DNA from: Chloroflexaceae bacterium
Lineage (GTDB): Bacteria; Chloroflexota; Chloroflexia; Chloroflexales; Chloroflexaceae
Reading direction: 5' to 3'
Assembly (NCBI GenBank): GCA_026417815.1
Contig: JAOACN010000408.1
Location: forward strand, 1-32,900
Length of the DNA stretch: 32,900 nucleotides
The position numbers and the translations under genes are program-made. The notes under the pieces were generated by a model. It worked only from the letters and a program-made list of their open reading frames with translations. It had not been told where the DNA came from and made no database searches. Below, piece by piece: positions 8,025 through 15,988 of this stretch (within the stretch, counting starts at the first letter, position 1; the number at the start of each line of letters is the position of its first letter).

Positions 8025-9053
8025 ATGATCTGGCGACCCCTGTTCAGTTTCAGCCTGTTCCTGAGCCTGATCCTCCTTCTGGCGCATGCGCGTCTCGCAC
8101 TCGCCACGGCGCCGGGAGCGCCGCAGACGGCCCCCACCACGGCGCCAGCAGCGCCGCAGATGGCCCCCGCCCCGCCAGACCTGGCAGGCTTCGGAGCGCA
8201 ATCACCTCCGCTCGTTCAGCCAGAACCGACCATCGAGCCCTTTGTGCGCCCCGATCTGGCCCGGCGCCTGGAACGGCTTCGCCCGGTGATCCTCGCCGCC
8301 GCGAAGCGCCACAACCGCGCCGAACTTTCGGGGATGGACGACGAGAGCTTTGCGGTAGTAATGGCCCTGATCATTTACAACGAGAACTTCGGCTGGCTGG
8401 AGGACGACGTTCCACCACTGCGGCTCGTTACCCCGCTGTACCAGCAGTTGCAACAGGCGGCCAACCAGCGCCTGCCCGGCAGCAACTTCAGCGTCTGGCC
8501 AGTCAACCTGCGCCCCTCGGTGGCCCTGGAGATCCTCAAGCAGCAATTGCCCCTGGCCGATGGGCAGATGATCCACGTGCCGGTACGGGTCGCAGGCAGC
8601 CGCGTCGACCCGGCGGCCTATGCGCGTCCGGCTGACCTGCTGGCGGCGATCAATGCCGAAATCAGCCGTGATGATCTGGCGATAGCCTACCTCGCGGCCA
8701 ACCTGGAACGGGGGATCTATCGCGCGGCCCTGGAGGGCGCGCCGGTCACCTGGCAGACGCTGGCGGCCTGGCACAATCAGGGGATCGTGAACCCGCGGGC
8801 CATTCGGGTAAATCCCACCGCCCGCGACTACGTGCGCCGGGCCGCGGCCTTTCTGCCACTGGCCCGGGCCCTGATCGCCGCTTCTGGCGACGGTGCAGGG
8901 CTTGAGCGCAGTGCTGTTTCAGAAGGGTACGCAACCGCGAGCGGCGCGACAGGGGGGCATCGGGACGCCAACCGCAGGGGAGCTATTCGCGCGTCACGCC
9001 CTGTACGGAGCGCAGGCGCTTCAGTACTTCCTGCTCGAACTCGCGAGGATTAG
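8025..9053 (+). CDS. secreted protein with a divergent lytic-transglycosylase (SLT)-like domain
   Basis: AGGAG at 8015-8019 precedes the ATG at 8025. Signal peptide MIWRPLFSFSLFLSLILLLAHARLALA, then a Pro/Ala-rich linker. IIYNENFGW (candidate catalytic Glu), SVWPVNL and AAWHNQG resemble the SLT ES / GLMQ / AYNAG motif order. The last ~60 aa are low complexity and overlap the convergent gene. Confidence 0.55.
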   Translation: MIWRPLFSFSLFLSLILLLAHARLALATAPGAPQTAPTTAPAAPQMAPAPPDLAGFGAQSPPLVQPEPTIEPFVRPDLARRLERLRPVILAAAKRHNRAELSGMDDESFAVVMALIIYNENFGWLEDDVPPLRLVTPLYQQLQQAANQRLPGSNFSVWPVNLRPSVALEILKQQLPLADGQMIHVPVRVAGSRVDPAAYARPADLLAAINAEISRDDLAIAYLAANLERGIYRAALEGAPVTWQTLAAWHNQGIVNPRAIRVNPTARDYVRRAAAFLPLARALIAASGDGAGLERSAVSEGYATASGATGGHRDANRRGAIRASRPVRSAGASVLPARTRED

Positions 9054-9231
9054 CCCTGGGGAAGTACTCGGTTTCAATCATCGCCGCCGGCACATCGTCG
9101 CAGGCGGCCATACACTCGAGTTCGACCAGGCGGATGTCCTGGGGGTGCGTAGCGGCAAGACGCTTGAGCGTCGCCAGAAAGTTGGGCCGGCTTCTCGCGC
9201 AGTGACGACAAAAAATCAGGTCAAGGGGCAT
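8983..9231 (-). CDS. small Cys-rich protein, DUF1450 (YuzB)-like
   Basis: An 82-aa reading from the internal ATG (9231) of track ORF 8983..9723. The pattern FCRHC ... LECMAACDD ... then an acidic helical tail resembles DUF1450. The upstream part of the track ORF runs through REP elements and was discarded. Confidence 0.5.
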   Translation of the reverse strand: MPLDLIFCRHCARSRPNFLATLKRLAATHPQDIRLVELECMAACDDVPAAMIETEYFPRANPREFEQEVLKRLRSVQGVTRE

Positions 9232-9434
9232 GGACACAAACCTTTCAAGATGCCGGAGACGCTGCCCATACCCCTCCCGCGTGGAAGCACCTCTGGTTTT
9301 CGACCACGCGAGCCTGGCTGCAGGATCACAGCGCCTTCGTAGTGTACACGGTCTGGCTGAGGTTTGCAAGATCCGTACAAAAGCATTGCATTCGGTGCTG
9401 CGGCTGCGCCGCGCGCTACCAGAGGGCAGGGTTC

Positions 9435-9597
9435 TTGACCGGGAGAGGCTGAGAGGGCTGCGCCCTCCTCGCCCCTGGCGCACCAGCAAGTCGTCGAACG
9501 GGAAGGTCCGGGTGGGCGAAGCTATTCCAGACCCTGACGCACCGGCGAGGGGTTGACCGGGAGGGTCTGGGCGGGCTGCGCCCTCCCAGGGACCCTC
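9435..9597. repeat. Two copies of a ~35-45 nt hairpin element (TTGACCGGGAGrGyCTGrGmGGGCTGCGCCCTCC...), family B-type
   Basis: Copies at 9435-9468 and 9553-9597 share TTGACCGGGAG..GGGCTGCGCCCTCC. The second extends to a long hairpin GGGAGGGTCTGGGCGGGC-tgc-GCCCTCCCAGGGACCCTC. Confidence 0.75.
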
Positions 9598-9651
9598 TTT
9601 CCCGACCGTGAGGTAACGGGACTCGCCGGAGGCGCCACTAACATAGTGAAG

Positions 9652-9657
9652 TATAAT
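9652..9657 (+). promoter_or_regulatory. Candidate -10 box (perfect TATAAT) 16 nt upstream of the hydrolase fusion gene
   Basis: TATAAT lies in a locally AT-rich patch (acatagtgaagTATAATacaag). No convincing -35 and no obvious SD before the 9674/9680 start. Confidence 0.3.
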
Positions 9658-9673
9658 ACAAGAAACGAGATTT

Positions 9674-11632
9674 GTGGCGATGAATCCATCGGGTGTGGAA
9701 CCAACAGCCTGGGCGAGCATCACGAAGCGGCATCACGCCACGCTCGACATCGCCTACCTGGAGGCAGGTGAGCGCGGACCGGTCGTAATCATGCTCCACG
9801 GCTGGGGCGCGTTCAAAGAGTTATGGTGGAACACGCTGCGTGGCCTGGGGCGTGACCATCGGTGCTACGCGCTCGATCTTCCCGGTCACGGAGACTCGCC
9901 GCTGCACCGTCGCGACAGCATCCGCGATCTGGCCGATGCGGTCGGCGCGTTCTGCGACAGCCTGGATCTGCGCGAGATTACCCTGATCGGCCATTCAATG
10001 GGCGGCGCGGTGGCGATCGCCCTGGCGCTGCGCCGGCCTGACCTGGTGCGGCGCCTTGTGCTGGTGGATGCGGCGGTAGACGCCTACCAGATGCCCAGGT
10101 TCGCCCGAACGTACCTGCTCCCCACCCTGGGATGGGCCCTGTTTCGCCTGGTGTTGCTCGGCGCGCGCATCGTCAGCCCCATCGGCGCGCAGGTGCCCCA
10201 CACTCACCGCGGCGGCTGGGTGCGGCCCTGGCTGCGACGCGGCTCCTACATGGCTCGCTCCGATCCCGACGCTCTGTACCGGACCTACCGCGCCCTCTTC
10301 CGCGCCCGCGCCGGTCGCCGACTCGCGCGTATTAACGTGCCCACCCTGGTGATCAGCGGGCAGTTCGACGCGCTGGTGCCCCGCGAGCACTCGCGCCGCC
10401 TGGCCCGGCGCATCCCCCACGCGCGCTTCGTGGAGATCCCTGGCGCGTTGCACAATCCTATGGATGAACGCCCACGGACCTTTGAGCAGACCGTGCGCGC
10501 CTTTCTTACCGACACGTCGTCGGCAGATTCTGACCCTCCCGAAAAAACGCTTACGCCTCCAGAACGGGCTACGCTGATGCGCCTGCAACGGTTCTTCGGT
10601 CGCGCCGCGGTTGATGCGGAACGCTTGCTCGAACGGCTCCAACGCCCCGGACGGCGCGCCGGCCCCGCGCTGATCGTCCCCTATCGGGGCATGGGCACCC
10701 CCGCTGTGCTGCACCTCAGCGGGCGCGTGCTCGAAGATCGCGGCATCATGCCCCCGGGCGATGCGGATACGCGCTGGGCCAACCTGCGCGCCAACTGGCG
10801 ACGTTTCGGCTCGCGCGAATTGCCGCATGTGCGCGTGCGCGCCACGTTCCAGGATACGGTCGTCGAAACCTCCACCGACGCGGAGGGCTACTTTCACCTT
10901 AGCCTGCAGCCGAGCGCCCCCCTCGATGACGCGCCGGTCCAGATGGTGAACCTGGAACTGCCCGACCTGGGCGCGCGCGCCGCGGGCGAGGTCTTCGTTC
11001 CGCCTCCGAGCGCCCGTTGCGCCATCGTGAGCGACATTGACGACACGGTGCTGCAGACCTACGCCACCGACATGCTCAAAATGCTCGCCCTGACCTTTCT
11101 GCACAACGCGCGCACGCGCCTGCCCTTCGAAGGCGTGGCGGCGCTCTATGGGGCGCTGGTCGCCGGACCGGACGGCCAGCGCCAGAACCCTATCTTTTAC
11201 GTGTCGAGCAGCCCCTGGAACCTGTACGACTTCCTGGTGGATTTTCTGGCCTACCATGGCCTGCCCGCAGGGCCACTGTTTCTCACCGACTACGGTCTCG
11301 ATCGCGATCGGCTGGTTCGGCAGGGCCATCGCCGGCACAAACTGGAAGCCATCGGGCGCATCGCCACGACCTATCCGCATCTGCCGCTGGTGCTGATCGG
11401 CGACAGCGGCCAGCACGACCCGGAGATCTACCTGGAGGTTGCGCGTACCTACCCGGGGCGCGTCGTGGCGATTTACATCCGCCACGTGAGCCACGAGCGC
11501 CGCGCAGAGGAGGTGCAAGCCCTGAGCGCGGAGGCGCGGCGCCTCAACGTGCCGATGGTGCTGGCGCCCAACACGGACGCCCTGGCCACCGACGCCGCCC
11601 GCCGGGGGCTGATTGCCGCCCCGGCGCCGTAG
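9674..11632 (+). CDS. fusion protein: N-terminal alpha/beta-hydrolase plus C-terminal App1-like phosphatidate phosphatase domain (DUF2183)
   Basis: The N-terminal half has HGWGAF and the nucleophile elbow GHSMGG (9989-10006). The C-terminal half has the DxDxT motif DIDDTV (11033-11047), then SSSPWNLY and GDSGQHDPEIY, typical of App1/DUF2183. The start may be GTG 9674 or ATG 9680. Confidence 0.85.
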   Translation: MAMNPSGVEPTAWASITKRHHATLDIAYLEAGERGPVVIMLHGWGAFKELWWNTLRGLGRDHRCYALDLPGHGDSPLHRRDSIRDLADAVGAFCDSLDLREITLIGHSMGGAVAIALALRRPDLVRRLVLVDAAVDAYQMPRFARTYLLPTLGWALFRLVLLGARIVSPIGAQVPHTHRGGWVRPWLRRGSYMARSDPDALYRTYRALFRARAGRRLARINVPTLVISGQFDALVPREHSRRLARRIPHARFVEIPGALHNPMDERPRTFEQTVRAFLTDTSSADSDPPEKTLTPPERATLMRLQRFFGRAAVDAERLLERLQRPGRRAGPALIVPYRGMGTPAVLHLSGRVLEDRGIMPPGDADTRWANLRANWRRFGSRELPHVRVRATFQDTVVETSTDAEGYFHLSLQPSAPLDDAPVQMVNLELPDLGARAAGEVFVPPPSARCAIVSDIDDTVLQTYATDMLKMLALTFLHNARTRLPFEGVAALYGALVAGPDGQRQNPIFYVSSSPWNLYDFLVDFLAYHGLPAGPLFLTDYGLDRDRLVRQGHRRHKLEAIGRIATTYPHLPLVLIGDSGQHDPEIYLEVARTYPGRVVAIYIRHVSHERRAEEVQALSAEARRLNVPMVLAPNTDALATDAARRGLIAAPAP

Positions 11633-11649
11633 AGCCGGCCCGGTGGCAC

Positions 11650-11994
11650 GGCTCTCCGGCGCCCGATGGGCCGGCTCTCCGGCGCCCGCCGGGGGTGTGG
11701 GGAAACCCGGTTTCCCCTGGTTATCACGTCAGCGGTGGTTTCGCTGCGCGGCCGGTTGGGTTACGGTTCGGGGAGGCGCGGAAGGCTGCGCCCTCCGCAA
11801 TCTTCTGGTTTCGCCCAGGCGGTACAATCTTCCTGCTTTCGCCGGGGCGTACCCCTGCCCCGGCAGAACAATGGGCGCAGGAAGGCTCCGCTTCCCCGCA
11901 CCTCAACTCAGGTATGAACCATGTCTTACCGGTGCATCCGGCAAGTTTGCGAACGGGAGGGTCTGGGAGGGCAAAGCCCTCCCAGGAACCCTCC
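11650..11994. repeat. Cluster of intergenic repeats: 16-nt direct repeat x2, family A hairpin, family B hairpin, long family C hairpin
   Basis: GGCTCTCCGGCGCCCG at 11650-11665 and 11673-11688. GTGTGGGGAAACC-c-GGTTTCCCC at 11695-11717. GCGGAAGGC-tgc-GCCCTCCGC at 11778-11798. GGGAGGGTCTGGGAGGGC-aaa-GCCCTCCCAGGAACCCTCC at 11955-11994. Confidence 0.8.
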
Positions 11995-12053
11995 TCCCAG
12001 CCCCTTCGTGTAACTTGTTGGATGCACCGCTTACTCGCAAGAGGCAAGGAGGT

Positions 12054-13127
12054 ATGGATAACAACCCCAATCTTTCCAGTCAGGTTGAAAACCTGCACGT
12101 ACGCGAACTAACCCCGCTCCAATCGCCGCTGGAGTTGAAACAGCAGTTGCCCCTCAGCCCGACCGCGGCCCGCACTGTGACCACCGCCCGCGAGGCGATC
12201 CGGCGCGTGCTGCGCGGCGAGGACCGGCGGCTGCTGGTGGTGATCGGCCCGTGCTCCATTCACGATCCCGAGGCGGCCCTGGAGTATGCCCGCCGCCTGC
12301 GCCGCCTCCAGGACGACCTCAGCAGCCAGCTCGTGCTGATTATGCGCGCCTATCTGGAGAAGCCCCGCACTACCGTCGGCTGGCGCGGCCTGATCAATGA
12401 TCCGCACCTTGATGGCTCGTTTGACATGCAATCCGGGCTGCGCATTGCTCGCCAGTTGCTCACGGCGATCAACGAACTCGGTATCCCGGTGGCTACCGAG
12501 ATGCTCGACCCGATCAGCCCCCAGTACCTGGACGACCAGATCAGTATGGCCACCATTGGCGCCCGCACCAGCGAGGCCCAGACCCACCGGGCGCTGGCCA
12601 GTGGCGTCTCGATGCCGGTGGGCTTCAAGAACAGCACCGACGGCGGGATCGAGGCGGCCGTCAATGCCTGCGTCTCCGCCGCCGTGCCCCACAGCTTCCT
12701 GGGCATTGACGACCGCGGACGCAGCGCGGTGGTGAAGACCACCGGCAACCCCGATGGCTTTGTCATTCTGCGCGGGGGGCGCCACGGCCCCAATTACTAC
12801 CCCGAATACGTTGTGCGGGCCGCCCGCCTGATGCGCGAGGCCTCGCTCCACCCCGCCGTGATGATTGACTGTAGCCACGCCAACGCTGGCGGCGACTACC
12901 GGCGCCAGGAGACGGTCTGGTACAACGTCGTCGAGCAGGTGATCCACGGCCCAACCCCCATCGTCGGGATGATGGTCGAGAGCAACCTGGAGGAGGGGAA
13001 ACAGCCGTTCCTCGCCGATCGGTCGAAGCTGCGCTATGGCGTCTCCGTTACCGACGGCTGCGTGGGCTGGGCCACCACCGAGTTGCTGCTCCACGAGGCC
13101 CACCTGGCCCTGGAACGGGCGCGGTAG
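12054..13127 (+). CDS. aroG: 3-deoxy-7-phosphoheptulonate (DAHP) synthase, class I
   Basis: 357 aa from ATG 12054, with a strong AAGGAGG at 12046-12052. Class I DAHP synthase sequence: LLVVIGPCSIHD, MRAYLEKPRTTVGWRGLINDP, GARTSEAQTHR, GFKNSTDG, IDCSHANA. Isozyme identity (aroF/G/H) is not determinable. The 147-aa N-terminal extension of the track ORF crosses REP elements and was discarded. Confidence 0.93.
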   Translation: MDNNPNLSSQVENLHVRELTPLQSPLELKQQLPLSPTAARTVTTAREAIRRVLRGEDRRLLVVIGPCSIHDPEAALEYARRLRRLQDDLSSQLVLIMRAYLEKPRTTVGWRGLINDPHLDGSFDMQSGLRIARQLLTAINELGIPVATEMLDPISPQYLDDQISMATIGARTSEAQTHRALASGVSMPVGFKNSTDGGIEAAVNACVSAAVPHSFLGIDDRGRSAVVKTTGNPDGFVILRGGRHGPNYYPEYVVRAARLMREASLHPAVMIDCSHANAGGDYRRQETVWYNVVEQVIHGPTPIVGMMVESNLEEGKQPFLADRSKLRYGVSVTDGCVGWATTELLLHEAHLALERAR

Positions 13128-13204
13128 CGGGCGTCAGGGCAACCCGGACGCACCGGCGCGCGCCGCAACACTTCGGGTTGCTGCGGTCTGCCTCCCGCCG
13201 GGCC

Positions 13205-13237
13205 GGGGCGCGGGGAGGGATCGCCTCCCCGCGCCCC
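13205..13237 (+). terminator. Strong GC hairpin downstream of the DAHP synthase gene (GGGGCGCGGGGAGG-gatcg-CCTCCCCGCGCCCC); candidate terminator
   Basis: Perfect 14-bp stem with a 5-nt loop, 78 nt after the stop codon. It is followed by ccgttctg, which is only a weak U-tract. Confidence 0.4.
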
Positions 13238-13282
13238 CCGTTCTGCAGAGGGCTGCACCCTCCACATCTCCCCCATGCACAA

Positions 13283-13453
13283 CTCTACGTTGTCACTTGC
13301 CGCAGTTTCCGCGGCGAGGAGGCTCGGAGGCGCTGCACCCCTCCGCGCTTTCCTCTTCCTGGTACGGCGCGGCTTCGCTGCGCCGCATCAGGAAGGGAAG
13401 ATCTTCGAGGGCCTGCGGCCCCCGCAACCCCCGCCAGGGGCATAGGAACAAAG
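13283..13453 (+). repeat. ~170-nt structured repeat, copy 1 (MITE-like or ncRNA-like)
   Basis: Aligns by eye at roughly 80 percent identity over its whole length with 19172-19343 in the same orientation. Shared blocks include TTGTCACTTGCCGCAG, CACCCCTCC, CAGGAAGGGAAGATCTTCG, CTGCGGCCC and CGCAACCCCCGCCAGGGGCA. Confidence 0.75.
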
Positions 13454-13572
13454 AAGGCCACGCAGCGAAACCGTGTTTTAGACATAATGCGCGCATCATG
13501 TAACCTTTCGGGGTATACTGAAGAAGAACGCGGCAAGCAACTGGCAAGCGTGGTTGTACGATTACATATGCT

Positions 13573-13857
13573 ATGACCGACGAGCCACAATCAAACAAGC
13601 CGCCGGAGGGCAACGCCCTGGCCTACTGGGCGATTATTGGCACCTCGGCGCTGCTGTGCTTCGCCTGGTTGCTCACCGGCAGTCTGATGTTGACCCTGGC
13701 GATCATCGCCCTGGGGCTGCTGCACCTGGCGCGCCACTTCCCCGAGGCCGAACAGTTTGTGCAGGCCGATCCCATCCTGATGTGGTTACGCCGCATGTCG
13801 CCGCTGATCGTTATCGGGATCGCTACGCTGGTGCTGGCGACACGCTATTTGCGGTAG
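13573..13857 (+). CDS. small integral membrane protein (3 predicted TM helices), unknown function
   Basis: 94-aa ORF with strong GC3 codon bias and three hydrophobic stretches (YWAIIGTSALLCFAWLL, LMLTLAIIALGLL, SPLIVIGIATLVLA). First gene of the plus-strand glycan cluster. No clear SD. Confidence 0.6.
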   Translation: MTDEPQSNKPPEGNALAYWAIIGTSALLCFAWLLTGSLMLTLAIIALGLLHLARHFPEAEQFVQADPILMWLRRMSPLIVIGIATLVLATRYLR

Positions 13858-13906
13858 CCAGGGACGCGGCTTCACCACGCACTACCCCGAGAAACAAGGG
13901 TTTTCC

Positions 13907-13936
13907 GGGGCGGGCTGCGCCCTCCCGGACCCTCCC
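13907..13936. repeat. REP-like family B element (GGGGCGGGCTGCGCCCTCCCGGACCCTCCC)
   Basis: Same core as 9569-9587. The tail CCTCCCGGACCCTCCC is identical to 32528-32543. Confidence 0.7.
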
Positions 13937-14000
13937 ATCGGGCATCATCCCTTCTTCACCTCCCCCTCAGCCGGGTGTCGTCCGGCAGCGCGACGATCCA

Positions 14001-14009
14001 TGCTACAAT
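14001..14009 (+). promoter_or_regulatory. Candidate extended -10 promoter element (TGcTACAAT) upstream of the deacetylase gene
   Basis: TGCTACAAT is read directly from the sequence. It overlaps the track ORF start (14000), which argues for the downstream ATG 14057 (or 14072) as the real start. No good -35. Confidence 0.3.
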
Positions 14010-14056
14010 TGGGCGTTTCGCGAACGGCCCATGGCCATCCGTGCCCTCCAGCACCG

Positions 14057-15961
14057 ATGGCGTCCGATCCGATGGTTTCACGACGAGTGCTTCTCGGCGC
14101 GACGATGGTCAGTCTGCTGGTTGGCGTCCTGGGCGCGTTGCTCTACGCGCAGCAACGGGTGGCCCGATGCGCCTTCGTGCCCCTCGTCGCCGCCGAGTTG
14201 CTACCCAATGCCAGCCTTGTCCCCGGTGAGGCCGCGGGGATGCCCGCCGGCTGGCAGCGCCGCGCCGGGGGCGTGGAACTGCGCGGCCCTGCCGTTGATG
14301 GGCAGGGCTTTGACCTCGACGGCGACGGGCGGGCGCTACAGTTGCTCGGCATTGCCAATTACGCTCAGACCCCGCCGATCCCGGTGCGGCCCGGTGAGCG
14401 GTACTGCTTCAGCGGCTTCACCCTCACCGACTCGGAGCAGCGTTCTCCCACCCGCGCCCGCCTGGTCTTTAGCTGGCGCGATACCTCCGGGGCCACCGTG
14501 AGCGAAGCTGCCACCCTCTGGCAGCCAGTGACCCTCTGGACGCCCGAGGCCCCGCCCCGCGACTGGTCGCGCCTGCAGGGCAGTTTCGTCGCTCCGCCTG
14601 AGGCCCGTTCCCTTGTCGTGCGTATCGAGCCGGCCTCGGATGACCGGATCTACCTGGATGCCATGCACGCGCGCCGGGGGGGTGGGGCCCTTGCCGGCCT
14701 GGCCGCGCCGACCCTCGCCGTCGCCGCCGATCCGCCCCGCCTGGCCCGCTGGCCCCTGGGCCGCCAGGCCGCCGTGGCCTTCACCTTCGACTGGGAAACC
14801 GCCATGGGCGGCCTGATCCACTCGCGCTCGGTCGGCGACCCCAACTACGATAAGGACCCCGAGGCCCGCGGGCTGCGCATGCGCGAGGGGATCACCACCA
14901 CACTGCAACTCTTTCGGCCCTACGGCGTGCGCGCCACCTACTACGCTACCGGCTACAACTTCCTCCTCGGCAACCCCGAGCGCCGTCGCTTTATGGGCGA
15001 CCCGGTGTTCGCCTGGGCCAGCCCGGCCAATGGCTGGATCACCGATCGCTGGACGCGGACCCCCTGGTTCGCCGACGACCCCTTCGGCACCTACCGCAGC
15101 CATCCGGCCTGGTACTTCGGCGACCTGATCCGGCCCCTGCGGGACGCCGGTCACGAGATCCAGAGCCATACCTTCAGCCACCTCTACGGCGGCCTGGCCG
15201 ACGCGGCCACCTGGGCAGCCGATCTGCGAGCCTGGAACGAGGTGGCCGCCGAACGGGGCCTGGCCCCGGCCACCTCCCTCGCCTTCCCCTGGAGCGGCAG
15301 CGCCGGCATGAGCGACGCTAACTGGGACGTGCTTGAACAGGGCGGGATCAGCAGCGTTACCCGGCTGAGTAACCAGATGCAGTACAATCTGTTTCCGACC
15401 GACAGTGACGGCGTGGTGCTCGAACCGCGCTGCCGCTGGCTGCCGGGCCGCGAGGGGCGCATTCTGGCCTGTCCCGACTTCTACCTGACCCCCGAGCGGG
15501 TCAGCCTGGCCCTGCAACAGATTGAACGTGCCATCGCCGCCGGGGGCGCCATTGACCTCTGGGCGCATACCGAGGAGGTCACGGCACCCGAGCAGATCCG
15601 GGCCTGGGAGCGGGTGGTGGAGCGCGTGGCCCGCGACCGGCGGCTCTGGGTGGCGCCCCTCGGCGAAATCGCCGCCTGGCAGGCGGCCCTGGCCACGGTG
15701 CAGGTTGAACCGGTCGCCACGCAGCCGGGCGACGAGGGCATGCTCACCGTGCGCGTCGCCAATCTGAGCGCCGTCGATCTCGCCGATCTGACCCTGCACA
15801 TGCCCGCGAGCACCCGGCGCGTCCTGGTGAACGGCGAGGAACTGGCCCGCGACGAGCGGCCGCTCCCCCACGGACGGGGATGGTGGCCCGCCGCCGCGCT
15901 CGCCACGTTCGATCTGCCCGCGGGCCAGACGGCGGAGGTGCAGGTATGGCTGACGCCGTGA
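14057..15961 (+). CDS. membrane-anchored polysaccharide deacetylase (CE4 / NodB-like) with an N-terminal carbohydrate-binding-like beta-sandwich region
   Basis: A TM helix (VLLGATMVSLLVGVLGALLYA) is followed by a ~180-aa region resembling CBM4/9-type modules (LLPNASL...GW..., ...ARSLVVRIEP...IYLDAMH). Then comes a NodB-like core: AVAFTFDWE, ATYYATGYN, GHEIQSHTFSH, AFPW. The start is uncertain (14000/14057/14072). Confidence 0.8.
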   Translation: MASDPMVSRRVLLGATMVSLLVGVLGALLYAQQRVARCAFVPLVAAELLPNASLVPGEAAGMPAGWQRRAGGVELRGPAVDGQGFDLDGDGRALQLLGIANYAQTPPIPVRPGERYCFSGFTLTDSEQRSPTRARLVFSWRDTSGATVSEAATLWQPVTLWTPEAPPRDWSRLQGSFVAPPEARSLVVRIEPASDDRIYLDAMHARRGGGALAGLAAPTLAVAADPPRLARWPLGRQAAVAFTFDWETAMGGLIHSRSVGDPNYDKDPEARGLRMREGITTTLQLFRPYGVRATYYATGYNFLLGNPERRRFMGDPVFAWASPANGWITDRWTRTPWFADDPFGTYRSHPAWYFGDLIRPLRDAGHEIQSHTFSHLYGGLADAATWAADLRAWNEVAAERGLAPATSLAFPWSGSAGMSDANWDVLEQGGISSVTRLSNQMQYNLFPTDSDGVVLEPRCRWLPGREGRILACPDFYLTPERVSLALQQIERAIAAGGAIDLWAHTEEVTAPEQIRAWERVVERVARDRRLWVAPLGEIAAWQAALATVQVEPVATQPGDEGMLTVRVANLSAVDLADLTLHMPASTRRVLVNGEELARDERPLPHGRGWWPAAALATFDLPAGQTAEVQVWLTP

Positions 15962-15988
15962 GTTCGTGTCAACAGCGTGAGGCCCACT

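Noticed and set aside
9995-11518. A 507-aa minus-strand ORF opposite the hydrolase::App1 gene. Similar antisense ORFs are 1161..2369, 2418..3356, 5631..6809, 12108..13103, 17869..18945, 22765..23736 and 24397..25257.
   Set aside because: All are antisense or out-of-frame overlaps of genes with strong homology-type evidence. All have Arg/Gly/Ala/Pro/His-rich junk-like translations.
11613-12053. The 147-aa N-terminal extension of the DAHP synthase ORF. Analogous upstream extensions belong to ORFs 19186.., 22624.., 8983..9723 and 4868..5962.
   Set aside because: The extensions run through REP-like palindromes or the ~170-nt repeat, or overlap the previous gene. Internal ATGs with good Shine-Dalgarno sites (for example AAGGAGG before 12054) give proteins of normal family length.
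11633-12053. The 421-nt leader upstream of the DAHP synthase as a riboswitch, T-box or attenuator for aromatic amino-acid control
   Set aside because: I could not recognise any known riboswitch or T-box core (no specifier/T-box sequence, no leader peptide rich in Phe/Tyr/Trp). The structured segments are the same REP families seen elsewhere. A covariance-model scan would be needed to exclude it formally.
13283-13453. The ~170-nt repeats as an insertion sequence or an integron/attC-type site
   Set aside because: There is no transposase, integrase or recombinase ORF in or near either copy, and the elements are too short to be autonomous. They are kept as a MITE-like or structured-RNA candidate in the findings, and are not called a mobile element.
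13454-13572. A locally AT-richer stretch with TATACT (13514-13519) and TTAGAC-like boxes, considered as the promoter of the glycan operon or as a small RNA
   Set aside because: No -35/-10 pair with acceptable spacing could be assembled by eye. No hairpin or terminator defines an sRNA. It remains a plausible promoter region only and is not annotated.
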